A program made the translations under genes and the position numbers. A DNA stretch of 64,000 nucleotides, taken from Eledone cirrhosa. Lineage: Eukaryota. Positions within the stretch are counted from its first letter, which is position 1. Every line of letters begins with the position of its first letter. The stretch spans positions 316,386,001 to 316,450,000 of the forward strand of contig OZ024741.1 of NCBI GenBank assembly GCA_964016885.1. Reading direction: 5' to 3'. The notes under the pieces are model-generated. The model searched no databases, was not told the origin of the DNA, and saw only the letters and a list, made by a program, of their open reading frames with translations. Below are positions 16,163 through 29,297 of this stretch, in pieces.

Positions 16163-17808
16163 ATCATCATCATCATCATTGTTTAACGTCTATCTTCCAC
16201 GTTAGTATGGGTTTAGACAGGAATTGTCCCACGTGAGGCAAAATTGGTTTTCTTGCTCGTATAGGACTGTCTGGCGGGTTTTCTACGGCTGGATGCCCTT
16301 CCTAACACCAACCACGTTTACAGTGTGGACTGGGAGGTTTTTACCGTGTTACCTACACGGCCACATTACAGCGTGGACTGTGTTTTTTTGTTGTGACACC
16401 TACACGACCTCATTTATTTAGGACTGGATGTTGTGGCACCAACATAACTTTACAGAGAAAGGGGTGGTGTAGATGGGGGTGGGGATAGGGGTAGTGGGAT
16501 GGGGTTGTATTTTTGGTTAGGAGGTGCCTACTAACTGTAGGTTTTGCTTTGTACTTAGGCAAGCTGGGTCTTCTGTATTCTGTGTAGCGCCAAAGATCTC
16601 GGTCCAGTGACATTGTCTTGGAGAGGTGTAAGTGTGTAAGGTCGGAATTTATCAAATCGTCCCAGGTTTTTCTGGGTCTGCCTACTCCGTAGCTTCCATC
16701 TATTTTGATCGCCCTGCACTTTTTTATACAGCTGTCGTCTTTCATGCGCATCACGTGACCATACCAACGTAGTCTTCTCTCGAGTAAACAGCATCTGATC
16801 CCCCTAATTTCTAATTTCTCACTTAGTTCATTCATGCTTTGCCGTTCACATATATTACTATTACGCATCCAACGGAGCATGCTTTATCCTCTGCACACAA
16901 TGCCCAAGCCTCACTGCCATGTAACATTGCTGTTCGAATGCAGGCATCATACAGTCTGCCTTTCATTTTTAGGGAGAAACCTTTAGCGGCCAATAGTGGT
17001 ATAAGCTCTCTGAATTTTTTCCATCCCGTTCTGTCGCCATCCCGTTCTGAGCACCCTTCACCACTGCTTATTTTGTCACCCAGGTAACGGAAGGTATCCA
17101 CTATTTCTATAGAACCATCTGGACAATGGAAAGAGCTAGTATCCTGTGGGCACTTGCTACTACTTATTGCACCTGAGCACCGGCCACATATAAAATCTAT
17201 GTTATTAGTTAGTTTACCTGTGATCCCACTACATCTTTTATGCACCCATACTTTGCATTTGGAACATAAAATGGAGTTTCTGCCAACTCCTTTCCTACAC
17301 ACTGAGCATAGCCATTTCCAAGGGGGGATCAGTGCCCTATTTTCCTTCCTACATACTAGAACTTTAGTCTTAGACAAGTTAATTTTAAGGCCTTTTGATT
17401 CTAGGCCATGCTTCCAAGTTTGGAATTTCTTTTCTTGTTCAGCCATTGATTCAGTTATGAGCGTTAGATCATCTGCATATAGAAGTTCCCATGGGCAGCT
17501 GGTCTTGAACTCCTCTGTTATAGCCTGAAGGGCAATAATAAATAGGAGGTGGCTAAGGATAGAGCCCTGATGAACACCGACTTTTACGCTAAATTCTTCA
17601 CTATATTCGTTGTTAATTCTAACCTTGCTGACTGTTTCTTTATACATGGCTTGTATAGCTCTCACGAACCATTCATCAACACTTAGTTTTCTAAGAGCCC
17701 ACCAGATAATGGAGCAGGGGACTCTGTCAAAGGCTTTCTCCAAGTCAACAAAAGCTAAGTATAGGGGTTTACTTTTAGCTAGGAACTTCTCCTGTAGTTG
17801 TCGTACAA
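16163..17808 (-). mobile_element. 5'-truncated, frameshifted RTE-clade LINE (RT C-terminal half, 3' UTR, (GAT)n tail)
   Basis: ORF 16832-17860 has FVDLEKAFDRVP, GVHQGSILS, YADD and FRYLG motifs. ORF 16410-16880 has RRLRWYGHVMR...GRPRKTW. The frame shifts at ~16880. The tail reads catcatcat on the + strand. Confidence 0.93.
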
Positions 17809-18457
17809 GGAGAAGAACGCCTGTGGAATGGTTGAATGGTGTTAATAGTAGAATTGGCATAAAAATCTATTAGGAGGAAAGGGATTGTCAAACTGATAGT
17901 TGAATGTATCTGGTATAGTGAAGTTAAAAAGAATGTCAAAATAAATGGTGATTAGTGTTGTATTGAGTTTTTAGGTGAATATAAATTAAGGTTATGGCTA
18001 GGAAAGATAGTATATTAAAAGATGAAAATTATAATAAGATAATGAAATACAGTAATGCGATAATATGCAACTTAACCAACACAATATAGTACGGTGTGGT
18101 AAATTGCACTTAGTATAATACAGCATATGATACGCGCTAAAATACTATCAAGTATGTTTATGCATAAATAATCAAACTCAGATAAATATATGTTGGCATA
18201 ATTAAAACACATAAATTTCATAGATTACAAAGTGCATTTCTCCACACTATATATATAGAGAGGTACAGTTATATTGATATCCAACCAAAAATATACATAC
18301 GCACAAATAGATGCAAACCTAAATACGCATTTACACATCTGCACATAATCATATACACACATATCCATACATATCTATATCCACACATACACACCTATAC
18401 CCACATATATATATACACACATATACATACATATATATATATATACATATACATACA

Positions 18458-18513
<56 letters not shown>

Positions 18514-18661
18514 TATATATGTGTGTATGTACACTCCTCATACATGTACACACACATGTAAACACTCATACACCTCTACTCACATATACACGCACACAAA
18601 CACATACACACACACACACATACATATACATATACTTATATATACACATACATATATACAC

Positions 18662-18724
<63 letters not shown>

Positions 18725-18929
18725 TAAATATATTTCCATATCATACATAGATATATATTTACTCATGCAATTACGGGTGGTTGTGTACCTTGTTGCCTTT
18801 AGTCATTAACGCATAAACCTAAGGAAGCTTAAAAGGTAAAAAATAAGCATGAATGCATATAATTAGGGGAAAGGGGTACTAATAAATGTTACTCTATATA
18901 GAATTATAGTGAGTTGCTATTTAGAATAT

Positions 18930-20510
18930 TTAATTAGGTTTATAGTATTTAAATGTTCTTCGTATACGGTGATTACAAACTATGATCAGTTCCTGCCTTT
19001 TATTTAATAAATCGTCCTTAGATTTAGTAATTTCTAAGATCTCCCCTGAACATAATCTGCATTCCCTCCTGTTCCCAAGATATGGAGTTCTTTGTAGAAT
19101 GGTGTTCCACGGTAACTTGAAATCTATTTTTTTCTTTTTATAATTATTTACCGCTTCAGCTAAAGACGTGGTGTTAGCTAGTTTAGTATTGTTGAAACTA
19201 CTAGAGTGTGCGTAAAATCTTTTCTTAAATGTGTTTGATGTAGATCCTATATATGTTTTGTTGGAGTCTGTAGTAGACACAGTGCATTTATATATTACAT
19301 TATTAATCAAACAGTTGCCATTTAAGGGGCAAATGCTTCTATTTCTACAATTACAGCCATACGTAAGATGGTTGTTGGGGTTGCCTATACTATTCTCATT
19401 AATCCTTGAGCTATTCCTATTGTAATTAATGATAGCAGGAGAATGAAGGTTGCTTTGTGGGTGGTTTGGTGCTAGGGTTGTATTGTGATTTTGTGTTCTG
19501 TTGTTTTTGTGTTGGTGATTTGGGTGGTTGTGTTTTCTAGGTTGAAGGATTGTATTATTTGCCTTTTTAAAAGGTGCAGTCCTATTTAAATTATGTTGTG
19601 GTGGTGTAGTCATATTATTTTTAAGTTTATAAATGTTGTAGTTGCTTATTTTTTGCTGGAGATTGCTTGATGTAGAGTATGAGAATTTAACAGTATATTT
19701 GTTAAATATTTGGTGGTATCTGTGGTTTGATGGAAAATGTTTATGTAGAATTTCAAAGAATTTTGGGGGGATTTGTCCAATAGTTTGCAGGTTGAAGGGT
19801 GCGTTGTACCATGTTATGTTTCTTTTGTGGTTTTTAGTTAAGTTCTTATTACCACTTATATTATTGTGTTGTGTTCTAGAAGAATTTCTATGGTTAGTAT
19901 CCTTATTTGTGGAATTTGGTAAATTACCGTGGTTGTATTTGGTGTTATTTTGGGGTAGATTATGAGATTTTGAGTGCTTGGTATTCATATGTGGGTTGAT
20001 AACATTGGTCATAGATCGTGTAGTAATAGTTGTTGTGGTTTTTCGGTTGTTTGGTGTAATAGGAATAACCACTTTAGGTATTTGTTCCAATGGTATTTTT
20101 TGGTGTTTGTAGTTTTTGCTAGGTTTTATGTTTTGGTCCATAGTAGTGTTGGGGATATATGAGATTTTTTTCTTTATATCCACTTCTAGTTAAGGCCTCG
20201 TTGTAGAAGGGTGGATTATTATAAAATATATCTTCATTGGAAGATAATTTAGAAAGTCTAAGAGATATGTTATATACTAAGTTCTTTAGTATAGAGCCAG
20301 GGTGCTTAGATCGTGAGTGTACATAATGTAGATTGAGGTTAGTTTTGTGGTAAGGTTGATAAGTATTCGTAGAGAGGTCTAAGGTAACGTCAAGGAAATT
20401 AGCTACTTTTGAAGTGTTTTCAAAAGTGATGCTAAGGCTGTAATAGTCCTTGAGGAATTTTCTAATTTGTTTTTTGTTTTTCTCTATATTGGAATTGCTA
20501 AGATTGTTAG
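18930..20510 (-). mobile_element. Penelope-like element fragment (RT thumb + linker + GIY-YIG endonuclease), Naiad-type
   Basis: Motifs ANFLDVTLDL, YVHSRSKHP, KRNITWYNAPF, CNCRNRSICPLNGNC (CxCx5Cx5C), VIY..YIG, KKRF, CRLC..E and LLNKRQE. There is a frameshift near 20160-20190, and the 5' end is truncated at a TA/TACA microsatellite. Confidence 0.88.
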
Positions 20511-20536
20511 ATAACATACATACATAGATAACATAC

Positions 20537-20584
<48 letters not shown>

Positions 20585-20589
20585 ATGTA

Positions 20590-20802
20590 TGAAAAAAAAG
20601 CAAACAAAAATAACAAAGCAAAATGACAGTACAATGAAGAAATATATTAGTTTTACACTTGATGTAGGAGGAAAAGAGTCTTAATTAATGTTTCATATGT
20701 TAATCTTTCATCAGAAAGTATAATGAGAAATTAAAGAAGAAATAGAAAGATAGAGGAGAGTGAACAACGGCAGAAATAAAAAAAATTCTTTTGCCATCTC
20801 TT

Positions 20803-20805
<3 letters not shown>
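20590..20805 (-). mobile_element. Penelope-like pLTR remnant with degenerate hammerhead core, between two (TA)n tracts
   Basis: Minus strand reads CTGATGA-aagattaacatat-GAAACATTA (20683-20714). The downstream tail is homologous to 14092-14168. Confidence 0.55.
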
Positions 20806-20852
<47 letters not shown>

Positions 20853-20856
<4 letters not shown>

Positions 20857-21205
20857 CAATCCAATCCAGAGCATTCTCACTCTTGTTGGAGGAACCCTTG
20901 CTTGATAGACCTCCACAAATTTGTTTGATTTTGCTTATGTCAGAGGTGTAGCCATATTCGCCACGTTTAGCCAATTGTGGGTTGCTGAGGCTATTTAACC
21001 CATAGTTGGGGCGGATGGCTGATGACTCTTCTCAGTTCATCTGCCCTTTTAACAGCTTTTTTGTGCTGCTGGGGTTCCACTTACCCTCCTCACCAGACCT
21101 GGGTCTGGTAGGGGAGCCAGTTTACTCACCAATCACTTGACCATAAAGCAAGTTGTAATGTGTTACATGGTACCAGTAGTAAGCAGAAGCCTGACATGAC
21201 CTGAA
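20853..21205 (-). mobile_element. Probable non-LTR retrotransposon 5' UTR fragment
   Basis: GC-richer block with a hairpin ctcccctaccagacc/ggtctggtgaggag, abutting (TA)n. It resembles an RTE-type 5' UTR by eye only. Confidence 0.3.
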
Positions 21206-21819
21206 TATATATATTTGTAAGTCATACTGGTAAATAAATCATACATTTATAATGCAACAACAATACTAGTCTTTTAAGGCCATTTTCCCAGCTAGAGCAG
21301 AGCTTAGTCGTGCAGTCACCATGTTAGGCTTCATACTTATCATGGTGTCTTTCTGGGGTAATGTTTTATAGTCAGATGCACTTCCTGGTGTCAACCCTTT
21401 TAAACACCATTCATTATATACAGGGATATGGTGCATCTATTCTAAATCGAATACACACTGAACTTACATAAATTGATACAGTACAATTGTTTTTAATTAA
21501 GGTTATGTAAGTCCAGTAAATAAGTATTATGATGGAAAGAAGATACTTATGTTGCCCCTCCCACCTTTATTAACAGGTATTTTAGACTAAAGAAAATTTT
21601 GCAGTCTTTCATGTATATGCAAACACACATCTAACGTGTGTGTGTTTATGCATGTGTGCATGCAGGTATACACGTGTTTGTGTCCGTGTAGTAACAAACA
21701 GACAGATACAAGGACAGACCTTCAGAAAAACAAATAAGCCATAGAAAATATCAAACTATACACAAGAATTAGAAGAACATCAGAAGGAATGTTTTGCAGC
21801 ATTTTTTCTGGCTCTTTAA

Positions 21820-22197
21820 CCCTTTAGCATTTACATTATTTAGTCGGACGCCATGCTTTGACGCATAGAGTTACGGCCCTTGCCATTCTGAGTTCAAATC
21901 CCACTGAAGTTAACTTTGCCTTTCATCCTTACGGGGTTGATAAAATAAAGTACCAGTAATGCACTGGGTATTTGCTGGCCTTGTGCCAAAAGTAGAAACA
22001 ATTATTTACTATTTACTATTGTATTTTTGCAGCTTTATCTCACATTATTATCTCACATAGCATTGCATCTATGAGATTTTTATATTTATTTTAAAAACAG
22101 TACCTTAACGTCAGTATGAGCAGCTAGTTATGGCCAGTTTGAACAGAAAGAGGTGAGAGAATTCTAGCCAGAGACGGCCAGTTTAAATGTTAAAGGG
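21820..22197. mobile_element. piggyBac-like MITE with a nested SINE
   Basis: TTAA + CCCTTTAGCATTTA ... TAAATGTTAAAGGG + ATAA (TIRs and degenerate TTAA TSD). A family-A SINE is inserted at ~21842-22006. Confidence 0.7.
21842..22006 (+). mobile_element. SINE family A (5'-truncated copy)
   Basis: gtcggacgccatgctttgacgcatagagttacggccc...gagttcaaatccc...ggccttgtgccaaaagtagaaacaattatt; more than 10 copies in the window. Confidence 0.85.
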
Positions 22198-22348
22198 ATA
22201 AATTCTAAGTTCAAACCCTTCTGAGTTTAACACTTTGCCTTCCATCCTTCCAGGTTTGATAAGTACTGGGGTTGATATAATTGACATCCTCTCTCCTCAA
22301 ATTGTTGGACTTGTGCATAATTTAGAAACCATTATATATATATATATG

Positions 22349-22740
22349 GAGGCACATGGCTTAGTGGTTAGAGCATTGGCCTTGCAATCAAAAGGTTGTG
22401 AGTTCAATTCTCAGACCGGGTGATGTGTTGTTTCCTTGAGCAAGACACTTTATTTCAAATTGCTCCAGTTTACTCAGCTGTAGAAATGAGATGATAGGAC
22501 TGGGGTCCCTATTATTCCACTGCAAAGTGGTCATGGAGGTGCCACGGCAAAAAAGCACCCAGCTCACACTGTAAAGTGGACGTGTAGGCGCCACGGAAAA
22601 AAAGCACCCAGCACTCACTGTAAATGAGGTTGGTGTTAGGAAGGGCATCCAGCTGTAGAAATCAAGCCAGAATCAGTTCCCGTCCCACCCTTGCAAGCAG
22701 GGAAAAGCGGACGTAAAATGATGATGATGATGATGATGAT
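22349..22740 (+). mobile_element. tRNA-derived SINE family B with RTE-derived 3' tail
   Basis: A box TGGCTTAGTGG, B box GAGTTCAATTC, central tccttgagcaagacactt core. The 3' end ggttggtgttaggaagggcatccagc...gacgtaaaatgatgatgat matches the RTE 3' UTR at 16163-16320. Confidence 0.85.
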
Positions 22741-23189
22741 ATATATATATATTTATCTATTTAGTAATTTTTATTTATTGTAAATTTATTTACTTATTAT
22801 TTACCTATTTGTGTTATTTTGAACAACTTTTAGAATGTTTTTTTTTTAAATTTCCTGTTGTTTTGTTTGTTATATAATCACTTTGTTCTACATTTCTACA
22901 TTTAACGATAACATTACAACTACAATACCAACACCATCAACAGCAACTATAGACAATTAATCATGTCACAAGATGTAAATGCAACCATCATTTATATTAC
23001 GCATGTGCGCACACACATACAGTGTCACACTGACATTAGCCATGGCATCAGTTGCAAGTATTCACTAAATATCCACTAATTGTTGTGTTCACCTTGAACA
23101 GTAAGACATGTGCAATGCATGGGCGAATGCACTGCACACTGTGAATATGATCCTAAAGTTGAATACACTAGCATATATATATATATATC

Positions 23190-23695
23190 ATCATTATTTT
23201 TATGGTCATTTTTCCATGACGTGTCCTTTTCAGCATACCATCTCTCCATTCGTCGCGTTCCTTTGTTGTCTCCTCTGTGAGTCGCAGTGATTTGAGATCA
23301 GCTCTCACCACCTCCACCCAAGTCTTCTTTTGTCTACCTCTACTGCGGCTTCCTTCTACTGAGATTTCCTGGCACTTCTTCCTCGAGCAATCATCATCCA
23401 TGTATATCACATGACCATAACAGCGCAGTCTTCTCTCTTGCACACCACTTCGGATTTCTTTTAAACTTAGTTTCTCCCTCAGTTCATCAAAGCTCTGCCT
23501 TTCTCTCACATTTACACTGCATATCGAACAAAGCTTAGTTGCTTCATTTCTCTCCAGCATGCACATGCGCTCTGCAGCCACTGCCCATGTTTCATTACCA
23601 TGCAGCATCGTAATTTGCACACAGGTGCCATACAGCCATCCATTTGTATGTAGGAAGAAGCCTTTTGTTGTCAACAGTGGAAGTAACTCTCCAAA
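23190..23695 (-). mobile_element. RTE LINE 3' fragment (degenerate)
   Basis: ORF 23168-23701: LLPLLTTKGF..MLHGNETWA..ERRLRCYGHV..SRGRQKKTW, paralogous to the 16410-17000 region. Confidence 0.85.
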
Positions 23696-23717
23696 CAGCA
23701 ATGATGATTTATATTAA

Positions 23718-23907
23718 AATAATTGTTTCTACTATTGGCACAAGGCCAGCAATTACCCAGTGCATTACTAGTACTTTATTTTATCGACCCTGTAAGGATG
23801 AAAGGCAAACTTAACCTCAGCGGGATTTGAACTCAGAATGGCAAGGGCCGTAACTCTATGCATCAAAGCATGCGTCCGACCCTCTACCGATACTGCCAAT
23901 TCACCGC
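23718..23907 (-). mobile_element. SINE family A, full length
   Basis: Nearly identical to the 49280-49472 copy; possible short TSD attaaaa. Confidence 0.85.
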
Positions 23908-25086
23908 ATGCTCATTAAAAATTACACTCTCTACTTTTGTCACCTGTCAGTAATTTATTATAGTTTTTTACAATAACTAATAACTAATATATATTATCAT
24001 CGTTTTTTTAAGTCCACTTTTCCATGTTACACCTGGGTTGGGCAGTGTGGTTTGAGACAGTTTTACAGCCAGATACCCTTCCTGGGAACCCTTTTGCATG
24101 GTGAACTTATGGAAAGAATGTTCTTGCCTGGCCAAACACAAATGTAATACCTTTAGCCCAATACTTCCCACCCAACTACACACAGCAAAATATGTTTGGT
24201 GTGTATAAAGGGTGGGTGACTACAAACTCAAGAAACAACACTAAGTAAGAAAGGTATGATTTGAAGGAAAATGTGACTGCTATTTCTAGTAGGCTCTAAA
24301 GACAGACAAGTCTTACAGGGCTTTCAGATGAGAGGGAGATGTATCTTGACAGTATGGCGCTTCATTGTTGGTGGTATGGTGTAGTGTTTGTGAGTGGAAA
24401 AAGTGGTGTGATTGGTGTGGGTGAGGGAATGGCTAATGTCTGATGATTTTGATGGCGCCATTTCAGATTAGTTAAGAACCACAACAAACACCTTTTTATA
24501 AACATACACGCGTACATACATATACAAACATACATTACATACATATGCACGTGTGTTTATGTGTATACATGTATATGTAAACACACATGTACATATATGC
24601 AAGTCATCATTGAGATGTCCCGTATATTAGTGACAAAACAAACTTTTCTTTTCTGTTGGATATATATATATACATTTATTTATACACAAAGATATATGTT
24701 TGTGTGTGTGCATATTACCAAGATATATTCATATACGTTTTGTGTACGTAGAAATAATATAGTACGCGCGCGCATTTAACACAAAGCAGTGGTTGTTACT
24801 TACAGTACGGCAAGGTGGCGATGGGGGATGGATGGGTGAAACTGTGTATGTACATATGTGAAACACAGCATGTTTGTGTGTGTGAGTGTGTATGTGAGAG
24901 AGACTGACTGAATGTGTGCGAGAAAAACAGAAAGAGCTTCTGTAATGACGAAGTGTTTGCTAGACACCACATGAGTATGTGCGTGCGAGACCAATAGAGA
25001 GAGAGCGTGTGTAAATGACATACAAAGTGTTCGCCAGACACCACATATATGTGTGTATTTGTGGATATCACACGCTCAAGATATTA

Positions 25087-25138
<52 letters not shown>

Positions 25139-25299
25139 GAGTCACACATTCTGAATATGTCGAGTGAGGAGAAACTTCAACCAACTGAGACTATCCGCGC
25201 AATTTCAAGACCGAAACTTTCTTTTTGGGGGTATTAAGAGCATGAGAAGCAAGCAAGGGACAGAATTCGTCTAGCCTGAGCTGATTCAAGTTTTTATTT

Positions 25300-25450
25300 A
25301 ATAATTGTTTCTACTTTTGGCACAATGCTAGCAATTACCCCAGTGTATTATTGGTGCTTTATTTTATCGACCCCGTAAGGATAAAAGGCAAAGTTAACTT
25401 CAGGGAATTTGAACTCAGAACGCAAAGGGCCATAACTCTATGCTGCACAA
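25300..25450 (-). mobile_element. SINE family A, truncated
   Basis: aataattgtttctacttttggcaca...gaactcagaacgcaaagggccataactctatg. Confidence 0.8.
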
Positions 25451-25500
25451 CATGGAGTCTGTTTTTATTTAATAATGCGTATAAGCAAACTCCATATATA

Positions 25501-25542
<42 letters not shown>

Positions 25543-25664
25543 AATATCTTGAACGTAGGAGATCCACAAATAACGAAAACGGTTTGATAACATTACCCGT
25601 CTGAATAAGTAGGCATTTTTGTGTTTATGAAACTACTGGTAATGTACGAAATAAGCTTAACTGA

Positions 25665-25716
<52 letters not shown>

Positions 25717-26653
25717 TGGGTGAGAGAGAGAAGAGAATCATATTATTTTTCCCTCGGGGAAGGGGTGTTTCATATAGTTGAGTTGATTTTCTGCTGACGG
25801 AGGAAATGGGACAAAATTAGGGACACAAAATGAGTAGGAGATACACAGACAGACATGTAGACAGAGAGGGATACATATATATAGAGAAAGAGAGAGGGCG
25901 AAAGAAAATGAGAAGGGAAGGGAATGGGGTTACAAAGTGTTGGGCCAGGGATGAATGGACCAAAGAGAAAATTCGGTCGAATATATGTGTATTCTTTAAT
26001 CCTTTTATTAGTTCCAGCTATTTTACTGCGGTCATGTTGGGGCATTGCCTAGATACCTGGTGCTCATTCTCAGACACGGATATACACACACACATATAGT
26101 GCTGATAGTCGCAGGAATAAGAATCCCAATACCATTTGAGATTAATATGTATTAAGGTTGAGTCAGTCTCCTGTTACACTGGAGTTTCGTCTGGAACTTG
26201 AGCTAAACGCAGTTTTCCCTCATAAGACATTGGATTGCCGAGGGTGTCACAGAGTGCAAGTGATCCTGGAACTACAAGGTTAAACGAACTCCTTTACCCG
26301 CACAGCGATATATATATATAATTTTAAAAAAATCAAAATAATAAAGGAAAAAAAAAATGTTCGCTCTACATGGCTGAATTCAATAAATGTACATTGATAT
26401 ATATATATATAATATATTAGAAAGATCGAGTATCGAAAAATCGGCGCACGAGTTCACGATAAACGAAATTCGATATGAGCGGCAGAGGGCTCAATAATTC
26501 AGATGAATCAGAGCTATAACTATCGTTAAAATACCGTCACATATAGAACAAGTCTACAATCAACCATACGATTTAAAATCGATAAAGGAAGATTCGGGAC
26601 AAACAGATAAAAAATATCAATAAAACAATACGTCAATAATTTAATATATATAT

Positions 26654-27022
26654 ATATTAAAACAATGAAATTAAACAAAAAACGGTTAATTCATAGTAAA
26701 ACTCATTATTTTACGATCGTTTCTGGGGGGTAGTTCCCCGTATGCCCATTCAATTATTGATCTATGTAAAATATATTACAAAATATCATAGTAAGAAAAA
26801 ATACCCCCCCCCCCCCGAAACGATCGTAAAATAATGAGTTTTACTATGAATTAACCGTTTTTTGTTTAATTTCATTGTTTTAATATTTCTGTTTTTGACT
26901 CTGTATCCAATGAATTATATCGTTGAAAATTTTGTATTTTAAACTTTGTTTCACGACATCTACATACAGATTACATTGAGTTCTTCATACGGTTTAGACC
27001 CTATCATTAATTGATAGATTTA

Positions 27023-27026
<4 letters not shown>
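26654..27026. mobile_element. Penelope-like pLTR fragment with ~70-bp inverted repeat and partial hammerhead (family of 32917-33466)
   Basis: Arms are 26654-26723 and 26817-26886. GAAA-CGATCG-TA starts at 26817. tacattgagttcttcatacgg is the reverse complement of ccgtatgaagaactcaatgta at ~32955. Flanked by (TA)n on both sides. Confidence 0.7.
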
Positions 27027-27081
<55 letters not shown>

Positions 27082-27237
27082 GTGGTTGGTGTTAGGAAAG
27101 GCATCCAGCTCAAAAATCCCATCCAATTAGAGTTCCGCCTGAGCAAGGAACGGCCAACTGACCAGACTTGCCTCGGGGCGCGGGCGACCCGTCGAACCCA
27201 TGCAAAAATAGACGTTAACAGTGGTAATGATGATGAT
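27082..27237 (+). mobile_element. RTE/SINE-B 3' tail fragment
   Basis: gtggttggtgttaggaaaggcatccagct...gacgttaa..tgatgatgat. Confidence 0.7.
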
Positions 27238-27358
27238 AGATATAAGTGTGGTATGTGAGTGATAGTGTGTGTATATTATGTGTATGTATATACATAATAG
27301 ATAAAGGAAATTGTGGCTGGATCAACTTTGACCATCGGTCTCTCTTCTTAATCTAGGC

Positions 27359-28066
27359 CAAAGGTTCTCAACGGGGGGCATATGCACCCCCGGGGGGCGT
27401 TTCGGAACTCCGGGGGGGGAGGGGCGTTTGGGAGCAAGGTCGCGTTAGGGGGGTGTTTGGAGCGGGGGGAGGGGGTCAAGGGGGCGCTTGAAGGCTCTTT
27501 ATTTTGGTAAGTTTTATAAGCCATATTTGTATGTCTTTGAGACAGCCAGTGTGAATGCATTTGAATGAGCTTGCAGACAGCATAACTATAGTCTGTGAGC
27601 AGGTGTGCAGGCATGTCCGGTAATTGAGACGTTAACCGGTAATTGAGATCCTAAAAATGGAAAAACCCACAGTCAACTGCGTCAAAGACACTTTGAGCGC
27701 AGCCAGTTAGAATCTTATCTTTCCTTCACCGATAACAATGTATTTCATGTCTGAAATTATTGACTCAACCGTAACGAGTTAACACTATGTAGATCTATTT
27801 TATTCCCTATTGTATAAATAATATTACAAATAAAAAAAAAAGAAAAGAAAAAAACAGAAGCGAGTAGCACACACATCTAGGACCCACATACAACACATAA
27901 TCAGATAATACACACATCTTTGGAATATTATTAAGCGATTTTTTAGTAATCTACTGATATAAAAATCAGTAGTATATTGAAAAATGAAAAAATAGGGCGG
28001 GGGGGGGGGGTCGTGATTTCGAGGGACAAAAGGGGGCGTTTGGCCTAAATGGGTTGAGAACCTGTG
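27359..28066. mobile_element. Non-autonomous hAT (Buster/Charlie-like) transposon
   Basis: TIRs CAAAGGTTCTCAAC / GTTGAGAACCTGTG, exact 8-bp TSD ATCTAGGC (27351-27358 and 28067-28074), G-rich subterminal repeats. Confidence 0.9.
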
Positions 28067-28283
28067 ATCTAGGCTAACCTAAAGACTAAACGTCAAAAAC
28101 AACACAAACAGCACCGACAACACAACCACTGTCACACACCACTACCACCAATATCCTACTTATTAACAACACCCTAAAAGAAAACATCCCTTACATATCA
28201 CCAACACAACTACACCAACCACTGTAAACAAACTACAAACCATCACCTATTAAGAAAGAAATTTAGTTGCTATGGAAGTATAT

Positions 28284-28334
<51 letters not shown>

Positions 28335-28936
28335 TGTGTGGTGAACTGTCACAAACTATATGGGGTCTTGCCTGAGTTAAAGAATATCTCATCGTCAGTG
28401 AGGAACGACGGCAATGTGTGCGACTGTTTGCATGAATGCGGGCTTACGAGGGAGATGATGATGACGTGGTAGAGACTGTGTCGCGTTAAGATCGTACGGT
28501 ATAATATACATATATGTGTGTGTGTGTATTAGGCAGTGTGCATCCCCTCCACCACCCACTCTCAAGAGCGTGAAACTAATAAACCTTTGTTCGTACTGCC
28601 TCTCTGTTTTGTTCCCGTTCAATTTTTCACTATATATATATATATATATATATGCACACTGCCTAATGTGTCAGTGTATTACAGGAAAAAGAGAGATGGA
28701 AAGACTATTAAAAAAAGAAGGGGGAAAAGCTGATGATGTGTGTGTGTGTATATATATTTATATATATATATATATATATATGTATAGTGTATATTGTATG
28801 TGGGTCTCGGGCTTTTTCGTGGTTGGTTAGAAAGTTGGTTAGCTGGCATACCGGTTGGTTGGTTGGTTGGCAAGTTAGCTGCAATGGTGATAGTTACTTT
28901 TTTTAGTTTTTACTCTTGTTAATGTTTTTATTATAA

Positions 28937-29216
28937 GAGCGGTGTATTGGAAGAATGGTTAGAGTATCGGACAAAATGCCCCCGCAGTAAGTATATCCTT
29001 ACGGCCTTCAACGTTCTGAGTTCAAATGTCCGCGGATATTAATTTCGCCTTTTGTCCTTCCTGGTTCAGTAAACATTTTCCCTTCCCTCAACATTACCTA
29101 AAGTAGAACCCGCCGAGATTAGCTTTGCCTTTCATCCTTACTTGGTCGATAAAATAAAGCACCAGTAATGCACTGGGGTAAATGCTGACCTTGTGCCAAA
29201 AGTAGAAGCAATTATC
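28937..29216 (+). mobile_element. SINE family A-related composite copy
   Basis: gcggtgtattggaagaatggttagagtatcggacaaaatg head, ttctgagttcaaat B box, ccttgtgccaaaagtagaagcaattat tail. Confidence 0.7.
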
Positions 29217-29297
29217 ATTGTTCTTGTTAAGGATGAATTATTGGTTGAATCGCTAAGGCAACGGACAAAATACTCTACGTTATTTAGTTACGCTATT

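Noticed and set aside
20950-21030. HDV-like ribozyme in a putative LINE 5' UTR (minus strand ...GGCGAATATGGC)
   Set aside because: A P2-like pairing (agccat/atggct) exists, but I could not build the P1/P3/P1.1 pseudoknot.
22349-22420. tRNA genes (also 43848, 47470 and 59180-59249)
   Set aside because: A/B boxes are present but continue into SINE bodies, and no intact cloverleaf is evident.
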